Position numbers and translations under genes: made by a program. This document shows positions 51,701-64,000 of a DNA stretch of 64,000 bases, one piece after another. The notes under the pieces are model-generated. The model was given only the letters and a program-made list of their open reading frames with translations, did no database searches and had not been told where the DNA came from. Source of the stretch: Octopus sinensis (lineage: Eukaryota). Each line of letters starts with the position of its first letter. Position 1 is the stretch's first letter. The DNA lies in contig NC_043007.1 in the NCBI RefSeq assembly GCF_006345805.1, positions 60,698,001-60,762,000 of the forward strand. Reading direction: 5' to 3'.

Positions 51701-52485
51701 AATAAGTAGAGCATTTTTTCCTCATATTAACTTCAATTCAGGTGTCTGAGTTCAAATTTATAATTTCACTACTTTGAGTTCAAATCCTAACATGTTGATT
51801 TTGACACTTTCATCTTACAGGGTCAATAATGCATCGATTTAGTTGGCTATATAAGATTGGTCTTGAGTTTAATCAAAAGAAATCAATATTAAAAGCTATG
51901 TTTATTCCCCTCATAATGAGAAAGCAAATAGAATAATAATATGAGTAACAATATTATAATCAATCCTGAATCAATAGTCACACTAACTCATATGCAGTTT
52001 CTATAATTTGCTTTGTTTGATTAAGCAAAGTTGTTTGCATAATAGCTGTGCCCAGTCAATAAAAGTGGTTAATTAGGATAACTCTACTACCTACCTATGA
52101 TAGTGTCACAGTTATGTCATAAATATCCAAGTAGTATTATAGCAATCTTTCAAACTAATACAATCAGATAATATAAATAAAGTTCTAGAGTTGATGGTGT
52201 CATTTTGTTTCAAATCTAGGAAGGTGAATCAGCAGAATTGTCAAGGTGTGAGACCTTGCAATATTTCTGGCTTTTTGCATTCTGATTTCAAATTTCACCA
52301 AGATTGAATATGCTTTTCATCCTTCCAATAAAATCAATAAAATAAAATATATACTGCATACCTAAATAAATATTCTAGTTGTAAACACTTTGTCTTTTCA
52401 AGGTAAGGATCATAATATTCATTGTAACATTTTCTAAGATAATATGATGTGAAATTTAGCTACTATTTCTAATGATTGCATAGAG

Positions 52486-52728
52486 CAGTGGTTCTCACCC
52501 AGGGTCCATATGGCCCTTGGGGGTCCACATAAGATTTTGTTGTTAAAATTTAGGTGAAATAAATTGTTTATATGTCTACAGTACACAAAACATTTAAAAT
52601 TTTTTATTTAATTCCTATATGATTATAAAAATACAGTATTTTTATACACATTGAATGGCTATGGAGATCAAGTAGAGTAAAATAGGAATCAAAGGGGTCA
52701 AGAGGTAAAAAATGATTGAGAACCACTT
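52486..52728. mobile_element. hAT/Charlie-type MITE
   Basis: TIRs cagtggttctca / tgagaaccactt; 8-bp TSD gcatagag / gcataaag. Confidence 0.8.
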
Positions 52729-54049
52729 GCATAAAGATTCTATCATGGTTTGTTCTATGGTGAGTCATATGGGAGTCATAGCTGGATGAGTTAAGAGGGG
52801 GGCTGGCCTAGAGGTTGAGGGAGATTAATGTTTTTTTAAAGTCCATGACTAGGATAGTTATGTAAAGCTAGCCAAGGCATTTGTCTCTGTAGCAGAGCTG
52901 CATATTACATAATATTATGTGAGTCAACTTGCACAGCAGAAAAATATATTGATGAGGCATCTAGCTTGCTTTGATACACTATCCTCGCTTTGATGCAGTA
53001 GCCTCATTCTGAGACACTAGCCTTGTTCTGAGCTACCCTGTAGAAATGGCCTCAGTTCCTGCCAGGCTTTGGTCAAAGACACGTCTTCTCTGTAGCTCCA
53101 CACACACTCTCTCATGTGTGATTCACATGCTTTTTCACCTCGATACAAGATATATAGTTTGTAAACGAAGATATTTTATCACACACACATTCTCAAAATG
53201 ACTGTTCTCATTACACACATGCATACATACTGTAATACACATATTATATGTTACTTTTTTCAGTGCAAAAGCAAAAGTAAAAACTTTCTTTGTATGTAAG
53301 TACACATGTTTTTGTATCATACTACAGGCTTCCACCACAAAAGGTGAACACAGAATAAACAATATATTTATACACAAAAATGTCTTATTAACTGTTTTTC
53401 CATTTAATAACATGCACTTGAATAGCCAATGACAGCCACTATAAAATGGTGACCTCGATATAAAAAATATATATATACATATATATGTATGGGTTGTTGG
53501 ATGCTTTGTTCAAAGAAAAATGTGAGTTAGTAAGGAAACACCCACCAAAGTCATTTACAAACTCACTGCACTTACACCAACACATTTTAATATATATATA
53601 TAATCTGTTGCTAGGATGTCGACAGTCAAAAAAAATAATTCACTTTTAAACTTGTAGCTGAGTCGGGCTAAAAAAAAACTAAAATTTGGTGGCAGGGAAA
53701 TAACCAAATGTTCCTTTTCTCTCTTTTACACATGTCAACTGATCTGCATGCAGCTCATCGCCATTTTGTCTTTCTTCACACATTTTGACACCATTTCTCA
53801 AGCTACACATGCACGCTAATTTTGAATACCCCACGTGGATACAACACGGCTGCCTGAACTATCTGTTATATCTAACAACATAGTCACATGCCATTTTACA
53901 AACTTTTCCCCACGAGCAATCGACCCCACGACTTATTCTTTGTAAGCCTAATACTTATTCTATCGGTCTCTTTTGCCAAACTGCTAAGTTTATGGGGACG
54001 CAAACGCACCAGCATCGGTTGTCAAGCGATGTTGGGAGGACAAACACAG

Positions 54050-54327
<278 letters not shown>

Positions 54328-54332
<5 letters not shown>

Positions 54333-55715
54333 GGTGTAGGTAGAAACTCTATAAGGTGCACCAAGTGTAAGCTATGGACACATAAGAGGTGCAGCAATGT
54401 CAAAGGAAGGCTAACTAGGAAAATAGTTTTTGTCTGTGGCAGATGCTCAGGAGCAATAAACACTGGAAATGTGCAGAGACCAACTTCTACCACGTTCCAG
54501 GGAGACAAACTAAAAGTAGTTGATAGCTTCCGCTACCTAGGTGACCAAGTCAGTAGCGGGGGTGGGTGTGCTGAAAGTGTAATGGCTAGAGTAAGAATAG
54601 CCTGGGCAAAGTTTAGAGAGCTCTTACCCCTGCTGGTGACAAAAGGCCTCTCGCTCAGAGTAAAAGGCAGACTGTATGATGCATGTGTACGTACAGCCAT
54701 GCTACATGGTAGTGAAACATGGGCCGTGACTGCTGAGGATATGCGTAAACTCGCAAGAAATGAAGCCAGTATGCTCCGATGGATGTGTAATGTCAGTGTT
54801 CATAATCGATAGAGTGTAAGTACCTTGAGAGAAAAGTTGAACCTAAGAAGCATCAGTTGTGGTGTGCAAGAGAGACGGCTGCACTGGTATGGTCATGTGA
54901 CAAGAATGGCTGAAGATAGTTGTGTGCAAAAGTGCTACACCCTAGCAGTTGAGGGAACCTGTGGAAGAGGTAGACCCAGGAAAACCTGGGACGAGGTGGT
55001 GAAGCACGACCTTCGAACTTTAGGTCTCACCAAGGAAATGACTAGAGACCGAGACCTATGGAAGTATGCTGTGCGTGAGAAGACCCGGCAAGACTAGTGA
55101 GGCCATAACCCGTGGCCCCTACCTGGGACGTAGTCAGTCCACCTGTGCATACCTTCCTTCTTGTGACACTTGTGAAGACCTGTTGAGGCAAGTGAAAATC
55201 AAAAAAAAATCAAATCAAATCAAACCAAATCAAAATAGATGAACATCAATGGAATTTGTATCTTTGTGGTAACAGTGCCGGTGGCACATAAGAAAACCAT
55301 CCGAACGTGGCTGTAGCCAGTACTGCATCGACTGGCCTCCATGCTGTGGGCACGTAACAAACACCATCCGATCGTGGCCGTTCGCCAGCCTCGTCTGGCA
55401 CCTGTGTCGGTGGCACATAAAAAACACCATCCGAGCGTGGCCGTCTGCCAGCTTCGTCTGGCACCTGTGTCGGTGGCACATAAAAAACACCATCCGAGCG
55501 TGGCCGTTCGCCAGCCTCGTCTGGCACCTGTGTCGGTGGCACATAAAATCACCCACTACACTCTCGGAGTGGTTGGCGTTAGGAAGGGCATCTAGCTGTA
55601 GAAACACTGCCAGATCTGACTGGCCTGGTGCAGCCTTCGGGCTCCCCAGACCCCAGTTGAACCGTCCAACCCATGCTAGCATGGAAAGCAGATGTTAAAC
55701 GATGATGATGATGAT
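54328..55715 (+). mobile_element. Young 5'-truncated RTE copy, near-identical to 10725-12150
   Basis: Colinear with the first copy from aaaaaggtgtaggtagaaactc to the (gat)n tail. One in-frame TAG at about 54810. Confidence 0.95.
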
Positions 55716-56694
55716 ATATATATGCATACATATATACAACGGGCTTCTTTCAGTTTCCATCTACCAAATCCACTCACAAGGCTTTGGTCGGCCCGAGGCT
55801 ATAGTAGAAGACACTTGCCCAAGGTGCCACACAGTGCGACTGAACCTGGAACCATGTGGTTGGTAAGCAAGCTACTTGCCACACAGCCACTCCTGCGCCT
55901 GTGTTGGGTTGTTCATGTTGAATATGTGGTTCTATGTTGGCTGACTGGCACAAGTTAACTGCTAGCTATCTGCTTGTTTCTTGAGAGTTCGCCTTGTAAT
56001 GGTTATCTGCAGTCCCTTGACAGATTGCCGATTGATGGCTATCTGCCTCCTGTCATATGTCTGACTGTATTTATAATGGTCATGATAGCTAGAAGGACAG
56101 ACATACCACAGGAGTAATTTCTACCTATGTAGGTCGCCTCCTGTCCATTTGATCCCTAAATGACTCATTTCAGGTCATAGGTCAAAGAGAAATCTATCCA
56201 TCACTTTTGGACAGGACAAAGAAATTTCTTTTGTGCCTGTTTAGCTAGTGGTGGATCAGACAAGCGAGAATCTTTAGATTCAGTTTCGAATCTCAGCCCG
56301 GAAAAAGAAGTGTTAGTTTTTACATATACATATATACTTATTTAGAAAGGGACACATCGCATTCAATTAAATAATAAATAATATATTATATATATATATA
56401 TACATACATGGATATAATATGGGTACAGGGCATCACCAAGGGTGCAAATAACATTTATTGCAGTGTTGAATAAAGTGAGGAACCCGAAGAGTGGTTATAT
56501 CAACCAAAGCTGGGATTAAATCATTTCCTCACAGGAAAATGAAGAAGTGACAGAACATTGTGTGGTTGTTTAAAACAAAAAGTTCATTACCTGTGAGTGG
56601 CAATCATCATCAATTAGTTTGTATCGATTGTATCGCCAGGGTTCATATAATATAACTGTCATACAGTGTATCTGTTTGAAAAATACAAAGACAA

Positions 56695-56749
<55 letters not shown>

Positions 56750-58891
56750 GGTAGCACCAATAATTATAAAATACATAAGACACTATATGAATAAATGGCA
56801 GACAGTGGTACAGCTCCAAACAAAAGAGGGACTCGTGAAAACTAAAGCCATCCCCATTAGAAGAGGAATATTCCAGGGAGACACACTCTCTCCACTCCTT
56901 TTCTGCTTGGCACTGACACCTGTATCTGATATGCTAAATAGAGCCGATTGCAGATACAAATGTTACGGCAAAACAATCAGCCACCTTTTATATATGGATG
57001 ACCTAAAACTATATGCTACAAATGATAAACAGCTGGAAACACTACTACAGACAGTATATGGATTTACTGAAGATGGATTTACTGAAGAAATAGATATGAA
57101 ATTTGGATTAGAAAAATGCGCCAAAGCAACCCTGAAAAGAGGAAAACTAGTTAAGAGCAACAACATCACACTAGATAAAGCCAATGAAATAAGAAAATTA
57201 GACCAAAGCCAAACATACAAATATTTAGGAATCCATGGACTAGATATGATACAACACACACAAATGAAAGAGAAAATAAAGAAAGAATACTAAAGACAAG
57301 TTATATCAAAACTAAAAACAGCTCAATGCTAAAAATAAGATAATAGGTATTAACACTTTAGCCATCCTAGTTATAAGTTACAGCTACAATAACCTTAACT
57401 AGACACTAAATGAACTAACCAAAATAGACTGGAAAACCAGAAAAATAATGACAGGATAGGATGCACCACCCAAAATCTGACATATAAAGGCTATATATAC
57501 AACGTATAGAAGGTGGTAGAGGCCTTATACAGCTGGAAAACTATTATAAAATAACCACCATAGGACTGCAAAAATACCTACTTCAGAAGCAAGGAAAACT
57601 GATACAAATAGCCACAAAACACAAGCAAAACAAAAAATTGTTCTCAGTATTTAAGGAAGCTGACAAATACAAACAAGAAATCATACTACCTAACAAATAT
57701 AAAGAAGAAAAAGAAACAACAAAAGCTATAAAACAACTGAAAACCAAACTAAAACTAGAACAGCAACGGACCATGATAAAACGATGGTAAGAAAAGCTCC
57801 TTCATGGCAAATACTGGACTAAACTAAATGCAAAAGAAATAGACAGAGAAAAATCCCAGCAGTGGTTGAGAAGCTCAGGACTCAAAGCAGAGACGGAGGG
57901 ATTTTTAATTGCAGCACAAGACCAAAGCCTCCCCACCAGAAATTACCAAAAACATATAATGAAAAGAAACATAACAAGTAACTTCAGAATATGTGGAGAT
58001 GGACAAGAAACAATAAATCATATTATCTCTGGCTGCCAAGTCCTGGCTAAGAAGGAATATACTCACAGACATGATAGAGTTGGGACCTACATACATATTT
58101 CTTACTACCCACAAGGGGCTAAACACAGAGGGGACAAACAAGGACAGACAAATGGATTAAGTTGATTACATCGACCTCAGTGTGTAACTGGTATTTAATT
58201 TATTGACCCCGAAAGGATGAAAAGCAAAGTTGACCTCAGCAGAATTTGAACTCAGAACTTAACGGCAGACGAAATACAGCTACGCATCTCGCCCGGCGTG
58301 GTAACGTTTCTACCAACTTGCCGCCTTCTATGTTGGGACTTACATACACTGGAAGCTCTGCCAACACTATGGAATAACAAAAGAAAAAAGATGATATAGG
58401 CACACTCCAGAAAAAGGTCACAGAAAACGAGAAAGCAACCATACTTTGGGATATGCCAATTCACACAGATAGAGAAATTAAGGTCAATAGGCCAGATATA
58501 ATTGTCAGAGATCATGAAGAAAAAAAATGCTTTCTAATTGATGTGCCAGTACCAGCAGATGACAACGTTTCTCTCAAAGAAATGGAGAAACTTTCAAAAT
58601 ACAAAGACCTGGAAATAGAGGTAACTCGAATGTGGAATCTAAAAACAAACAATTCCTATCATAGTAGGCGCATTAGGTATGATAAAAAAAATATTCAGAC
58701 AAATACATAACAAAAACACCAGGACTTACAAATATATATAACATACAGAAAATTGCACTACTGGGCACTGCACACATCCTATGCAAAACACTTTCAATAC
58801 AGTAACCATCACAACAAACCACAGCACATACCCAAGGCACACAGAGCTGTGCTCGGTAGTGAAGTGAAAGCACAATATGAAAATAAAACTA

Positions 58892-58920
<29 letters not shown>
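56750..58920 (+). mobile_element. R4/Dong-clade RLE-type LINE, 5'-truncated, bounded by (TAA)n
   Basis: RGIFQGDTLSPLLF, HLLYMDDLKLY, KFGLEKC, YKYLG, ETEGFLIAAQDQ, RICG..ETINHIISGC..RHDRV and RLE motif RPDIIV..KKCFLIDV..P.D...EKLSKY.DL. Ends ctgaa(taa)n. Confidence 0.9.
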
Positions 58921-58923
<3 letters not shown>

Positions 58924-59288
58924 AGATAATCATTTCTCTGTAGGTGCAAGGCCTGAAATTTGGTGGGGAGGGGATTGTCGATTACATCGACCCTAGTACA
59001 CAAGTGGTACTTATTTTATTGACCTTGAAAGGATGAAAGGTAAAGTCTACCTCGGCAGAATTTGAACTCAGAATGTAGAGACAGGCAAAATACTGCTAAG
59101 CATTTTGTCCGGTGCACTGACGATTCTGCCACCTTGCCTTAATAATAATAAGCCTTTCTATTGGAAGCACGAGGCTTCAAATTTGGGGGAAAGGATTAAA
59201 TTGATCACATTGACCCCAGTGCACAACTGGTACATATTTAATCAACCCCGAAAGGATGAAAGGCAAAGTCGATCTTGGTGGAATCGCT

Positions 59289-59329
<41 letters not shown>

Positions 59330-59486
59330 CCTTTGTACTATAGGCACAATACCTGAAATTTAATGGAATAGGATAGTAAATCACATCTACCCCAGTGCTC
59401 AACTGGTACTCAGCAGTATTTAAAGACAGATTAAATACCGCTAAGCATTTTGCCTGGTGTGCTAACGATTCTGCCAGCTCACTGCT

Positions 59487-59539
<53 letters not shown>

Positions 59540-59541
<2 letters not shown>

Positions 59542-60230
59542 GAGATGGACAAGAAACAATAAATCATATTATCTCTGGCTAAGAAGGAATATATTCACAG
59601 ACATGACAGAGTTGGAACCTACATACACTGGAAGCTATGCCAACATTATGGAATAACAACAGAAAAAAGATGGTATAGGCACACACCAGAAAAGGTCACA
59701 GAAAACGAGAAAGCAACCATACTCTGGGATATGCCGATACACACAGATAGAGAAATTAAGGCCAACAGACCAGATATAGTTGTCAGAGATCATGAAGAAA
59801 AAAAAATGCTTTCTAATTGATGTATCAACACCGGCAGATGACAATGTGTCTCTAAAAGAAATGGAGAAACTTTCAAAATACAAAGACCTGGAAATAGAGA
59901 TAACCAGAATGTGGAATCTAAAAACAGAAACAATTCCTATCATAGTAGGTGCATTAGGCATGATAAAAAAATATTCAGACAAATACATAACAAAAACACC
60001 AGGACTTACAAACACATATAACATACAGAAAATTGCACTACTAGGCACTGCACACATCCTACACAGAACACTTTCCATACAATAACCATCAGAGCATCAC
60101 AACAAATCACAGCACATACCCAAGGCACACAGAGCTGCGCTCGGTAGTGAAGTGAAAGCACACTATAAAAATAAAACTACTGAATAATAATAATAATAAT
60201 AAATAATAATAATAATAATAATAATAATAA
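59540..60230 (+). mobile_element. Second R4/Dong-clade 3' fragment between (TAA)n tracts
   Basis: Same RLE domain (RPDIVV...IDVSTPADDN...KYKDLEIEITRMW...IVGALG) and the same 3' end. Confidence 0.9.
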
Positions 60231-60792
60231 TCTCCTAATATAATAATGAACACAGTGTTTTTATATATTTGTATGTATATATATTTATATATATATATAC
60301 AAAATAAGAAAATGGAGGAATAGATTCCTTTCAATCATCAACTTCCAGATAATATCAATTCATATAATTTATTAACTAATTAATTAATTATATTGGATAA
60401 ATGATATCCCATAGTGGGTTACACTCATAACCCCAATCTCACTTTGTACTTTTATATATATATATATATATATATTTATCCAAAATCACGTAGGAGAGAG
60501 TAAGTGAAAGAGTAGTGTAAGTGAAGGGAGAGGAGAGAAAATAGTAACTCAGTGAAGAAGTAGTGAGAATAATAGCTCTAACTTAGAGAGAGTGAGAGAA
60601 AGTAACAGCAATGAGAGAAAGGAAGTGGCAAAGAGCATGTCGTGTATCTTCTGTTTTTCTCTGTCACAACATATGAATGTGAAAGGAAGGGGTGAAAATA
60701 AATCAGCATTTCAACTCTGTGTGAGTATATATGTGTGTGTACAAGGGAAGTATGTGAATGTTTGTATCTGTGATTATTATGTACCTTATTAA

Positions 60793-61008
60793 GGTGGCGA
60801 GCAGGCAGAATCGTTAGTACATTTTGGTGAAATGCTTACTGGTATTTCATCTGTCTATACGTTCTGAGTTCAAATGTCGCTGAGATCAACTTTGCCTTTC
60901 ATCTTTCAGGGTCAATAAATTAAGTGCCAGTTGTGTACTGGGGTTGATTTAATTGCCTGGCCCCCTCCCCCAAGTTTCAGGCCTTGTGCCTATAGTAGAA
61001 AAGATTAC
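60793..61008 (+). mobile_element. tRNA-derived SINE family B
   Basis: aaggtggcgagcaggcagaatcgttag...ctgagttcaaat...ttgtgcctatagtagaaaagatta. Copies at about 7300-7430, 17350-17440, 51390-51620, 58096-58331(-), 58925-59135(-), 59145-59285(-), 59325-59490(-), 61545-61740(-), 61785-62003(-). Confidence 0.85.
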
Positions 61009-62026
61009 TATGTACTTTATGTTGTACCTTATTTATATATAAAATACTACAATTAGCCATCATTTTTGATGGCATGGGGCCAGCTAGTAATAATAATAAT
61101 TTTGAAAATAATAGACCAGACATAACAATTATAGATAAGGAAAAGTGAAGTTGCTTACTTATCGACCCATCATGCCTGTTTGATTCCAGGATTGTAAAGA
61201 AAGAGGAAGTAAAACAAAAAAATACAATCTCTTAAAATCTGAAATAGGAAGAATTTGGAGCATGTGAACAGTAAACGTTGTCCCTATAATAATAGGTGTG
61301 TTGAGAACAGTAAGCAAAGATATAAACAAATGGCAGAAAGAGACTGAAATAGAATGCCTGGTAGAGCTCCTAGAGAAAGTTTATCTCTTAGAGACAGCAA
61401 GGATTATCAGGAGTATCCTAAGCACTTAAAAGGCTGCTGATTAATTGTGGATACCTAAGGTAGTAACTTATTATCCACATAATTCTTACCAGGAATAAGA
61501 CCAAACCTGAGGCAAACCAAAATAATAATAATGATAATAATAATAATCCTTTCTACTATAGGTACAAGGCCTGAAATTGTGGGGGAGGGGCCTAGTCAAT
61601 TACATTGACCCCAGTGTTTCACTGGTCCTTAATTTATCGACCCCAAAAGGATAAAAAGCAAAGTTAACCTCAGTGGAATTTGAACTCAGAATGTAAAGAC
61701 AAATGAAACACCACTAACGATTCTGCCAGCTTGCCACCTTTTTTTTTTTTTAAAGGGGAAGTTGACAGTATAATAATTCTACTAATCCTTTTATACTAAA
61801 GGCACAACGCCTGAAATTTGGTGGGAGGGGACTAGTTGATTACATTGACCCTTGTGTCTCACTTAGTACTTAATTTATTAACCCTAAAAGGATGACAGGC
61901 AAACCCAACATTAGCAGGATTTGAACTCAGAACGTAAGGATGGACAAAATGTCACTAAACATTTTGCCTGGCGTGCTAACGATTCTGCCAGCTTGCCATC
62001 TTAATGATGATGATGATAATGATGAT

Positions 62027-62081
<55 letters not shown>

Positions 62082-64000
62082 GTTTCAAGTTTTGGCACAA
62101 GGCCAGGAATTTTGGGGGTGAGCAGAAGTTGTAGGGGAGCATTATAGCCATGTGTTGAAAGAAATTCTTTGGAGTCGGAATAATTAACTTCTGGAAACAT
62201 GAGTATTTCGTTCAACATTCTTAAACAACCCTTATCCAAGGACCTTTTGAGAGGGATGGGCTACTCGACCTGAAGAAAATTCTAGCTGGGCCCCATCTGC
62301 AAGATCATATGTTGTTCATTTTGATATGAGATCACCTTGTCATGCACATATGGTTGTGATGCAAGTGCTTGGCGTACCCTTGTCAGATAAGGAGTCATGA
62401 TAGGTATACTGGGCCGTCGTATATTTTACCCCAGTGTCACTTTGATGGCATGTACTGCTCTCTCACTCAATGATGATGATGATTATGATGATGATGAGAA
62501 GAAGAAGAAGAAGAAGAAGAAGAAGAAGAAGAACAACAACAACAACAACAACAACAACAATAATAAATTGATTAAATAATAATTGATTTAAACATTAACA
62601 AAATCAATTTTTTAAAACTTATGATTTCAAAAGTTTTATTGACTATTTTACTTTAGAGAATGAATAGTTTTTAAAATAGTTAGTTTATCACTTACACCAC
62701 CACCTTCAACACATTATCACCACCACTAGGGGTGGTGGTGATGGTGGTGGTGAGGATAATGATGATGATGAGGAGGACAATGATGATGATGATAGTCAAG
62801 ATCAAAAGGTATTAGGTATTTAACCCTTTAGCATTCAGATTACCCTTTTAAATGTAATACATATTCACATTGTTTTGAATTAATTAATACCTTTGACAAT
62901 GTGATTGTTTGCTTTTAATATGACATTGTAGGGTAGGTGTGATATGGCTAGTTTTAACAAAACAGGTAGCATATTTTGGCATATATGGCTAGTTTAAATG
63001 CTAAAGGGTCAAACAGGAAAATGAGACACTGAGAATACTCTTACTGGTTTTTGTCTAGGTGATTCCAACTCTATAACTTCAACATTTACAATATAGATTA
63101 CTCCAATTTCATACTGTAAAAAGGAAAAAAAGGAAAAAACGTCAGTGTAAAATAAATGTTTTAAAATTTAGAGGACAGTTATAGAATACTCTTGTTCTTC
63201 CATTTTCTGACCCATCTTGGGCCTTCTGATATGATTATTCATCTTCTACAGTTTTTCTCCTTGGTCACCTATGCAAATGTACATTCCTTAATTTACTGAA
63301 TACTCTCTAAATCTGTCATGGGTAAACTGCAGCCCATGGCGCTTTCTGGATTACATGCCAATGAAAAATTACCTGGAATATTTTCAGTAATGCAGCCTGC
63401 CTGATGATGGGTCATGTCTCATGCAGCTTGCCCATGCCTATTCTATACCTTTTTTTACTCCCTTATCCCCACCTCTCTAATAAACATTTATTACCTTCCT
63501 CTCCTCATTGTTCCATTTCCAAATTTACTGTGTAAAAGGTACCACCCACCGCCTGTTCATATTGCAAAATAGTTGACTAAAAAAGTACAGAAAGGGTAGA
63601 TTAATAGGTGCCTCTAGACCTGTCTAACAGGACTATTCAAGCTTTCTAGTGTCGATGCAGAGTACACTCTGTAAATTGGTTGACATTAGGAAAGGGATCC
63701 AACCATAGAAACCAGGCCTAATGGCAAGTATGAGCACCTAGTCTTTGAAAGCTTTGGCTCCAAATGCCAATAGGGAAAGGAGACATAAGATGATAATGAT
63801 GACGATGATGATGACAACAGCAGCAACAAGGATGACAATGATGATGATGATGATCATGATCATCATCATGACATCATGGTATCTAAATGTGTACTACATT
63901 TAGTGTACTAAATGTGTACTACATCATGACATCATGGTATCTAAATGTGTACTACACCACAAATGCAGGCATTATCAACAGCACCTGCTACGTGAAAAAT

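Overview
AT-rich eukaryotic genomic DNA, dense in microsatellites and SINEs. The repeat families suggest an octopod cephalopod, but this is an inference. There are no prokaryotic features and no CRISPR. Three host genes were reconstructed by hand, all on the minus strand. (1) A complete six-exon SLC35E3-like nucleotide-sugar transporter (CDS 5584-21923, 317 aa, every intron GT-AG and phase-consistent). (2) A two-exon, 48-aa Cys/His-rich microprotein absent from the ORF track (MCKKATCDTCGKTTWIGCGKHVESVMKDVPDEDKCKCEVHNPKSCSAI; exons 50437-50485 and 35679-35776), ending in a CaaX-like motif. (3) An intact 497-aa pogo/Tigger-derived (TIGD-like) ORF with two of three catalytic aspartates replaced, nested in the microprotein's 14.7-kb intron about 1 kb downstream of its first exon. 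The rest is layered transposon sequence: four RTE-clade LINE copies with a PHD-type finger inside ORF2 and a structured ~62-bp 3'UTR tandem repeat, two tandem Tx1/L1 relics, R4/Dong-type RLE LINEs in (TAA)n tracts, mariner, hAT and Chapaev-like relics, a foldback element with an 8-bp TSD, Penelope-like GIY-YIG fragments with hammerhead relics, and many tRNA-derived SINEs. The most interesting item is the microprotein plus nested domesticated-transposase locus.
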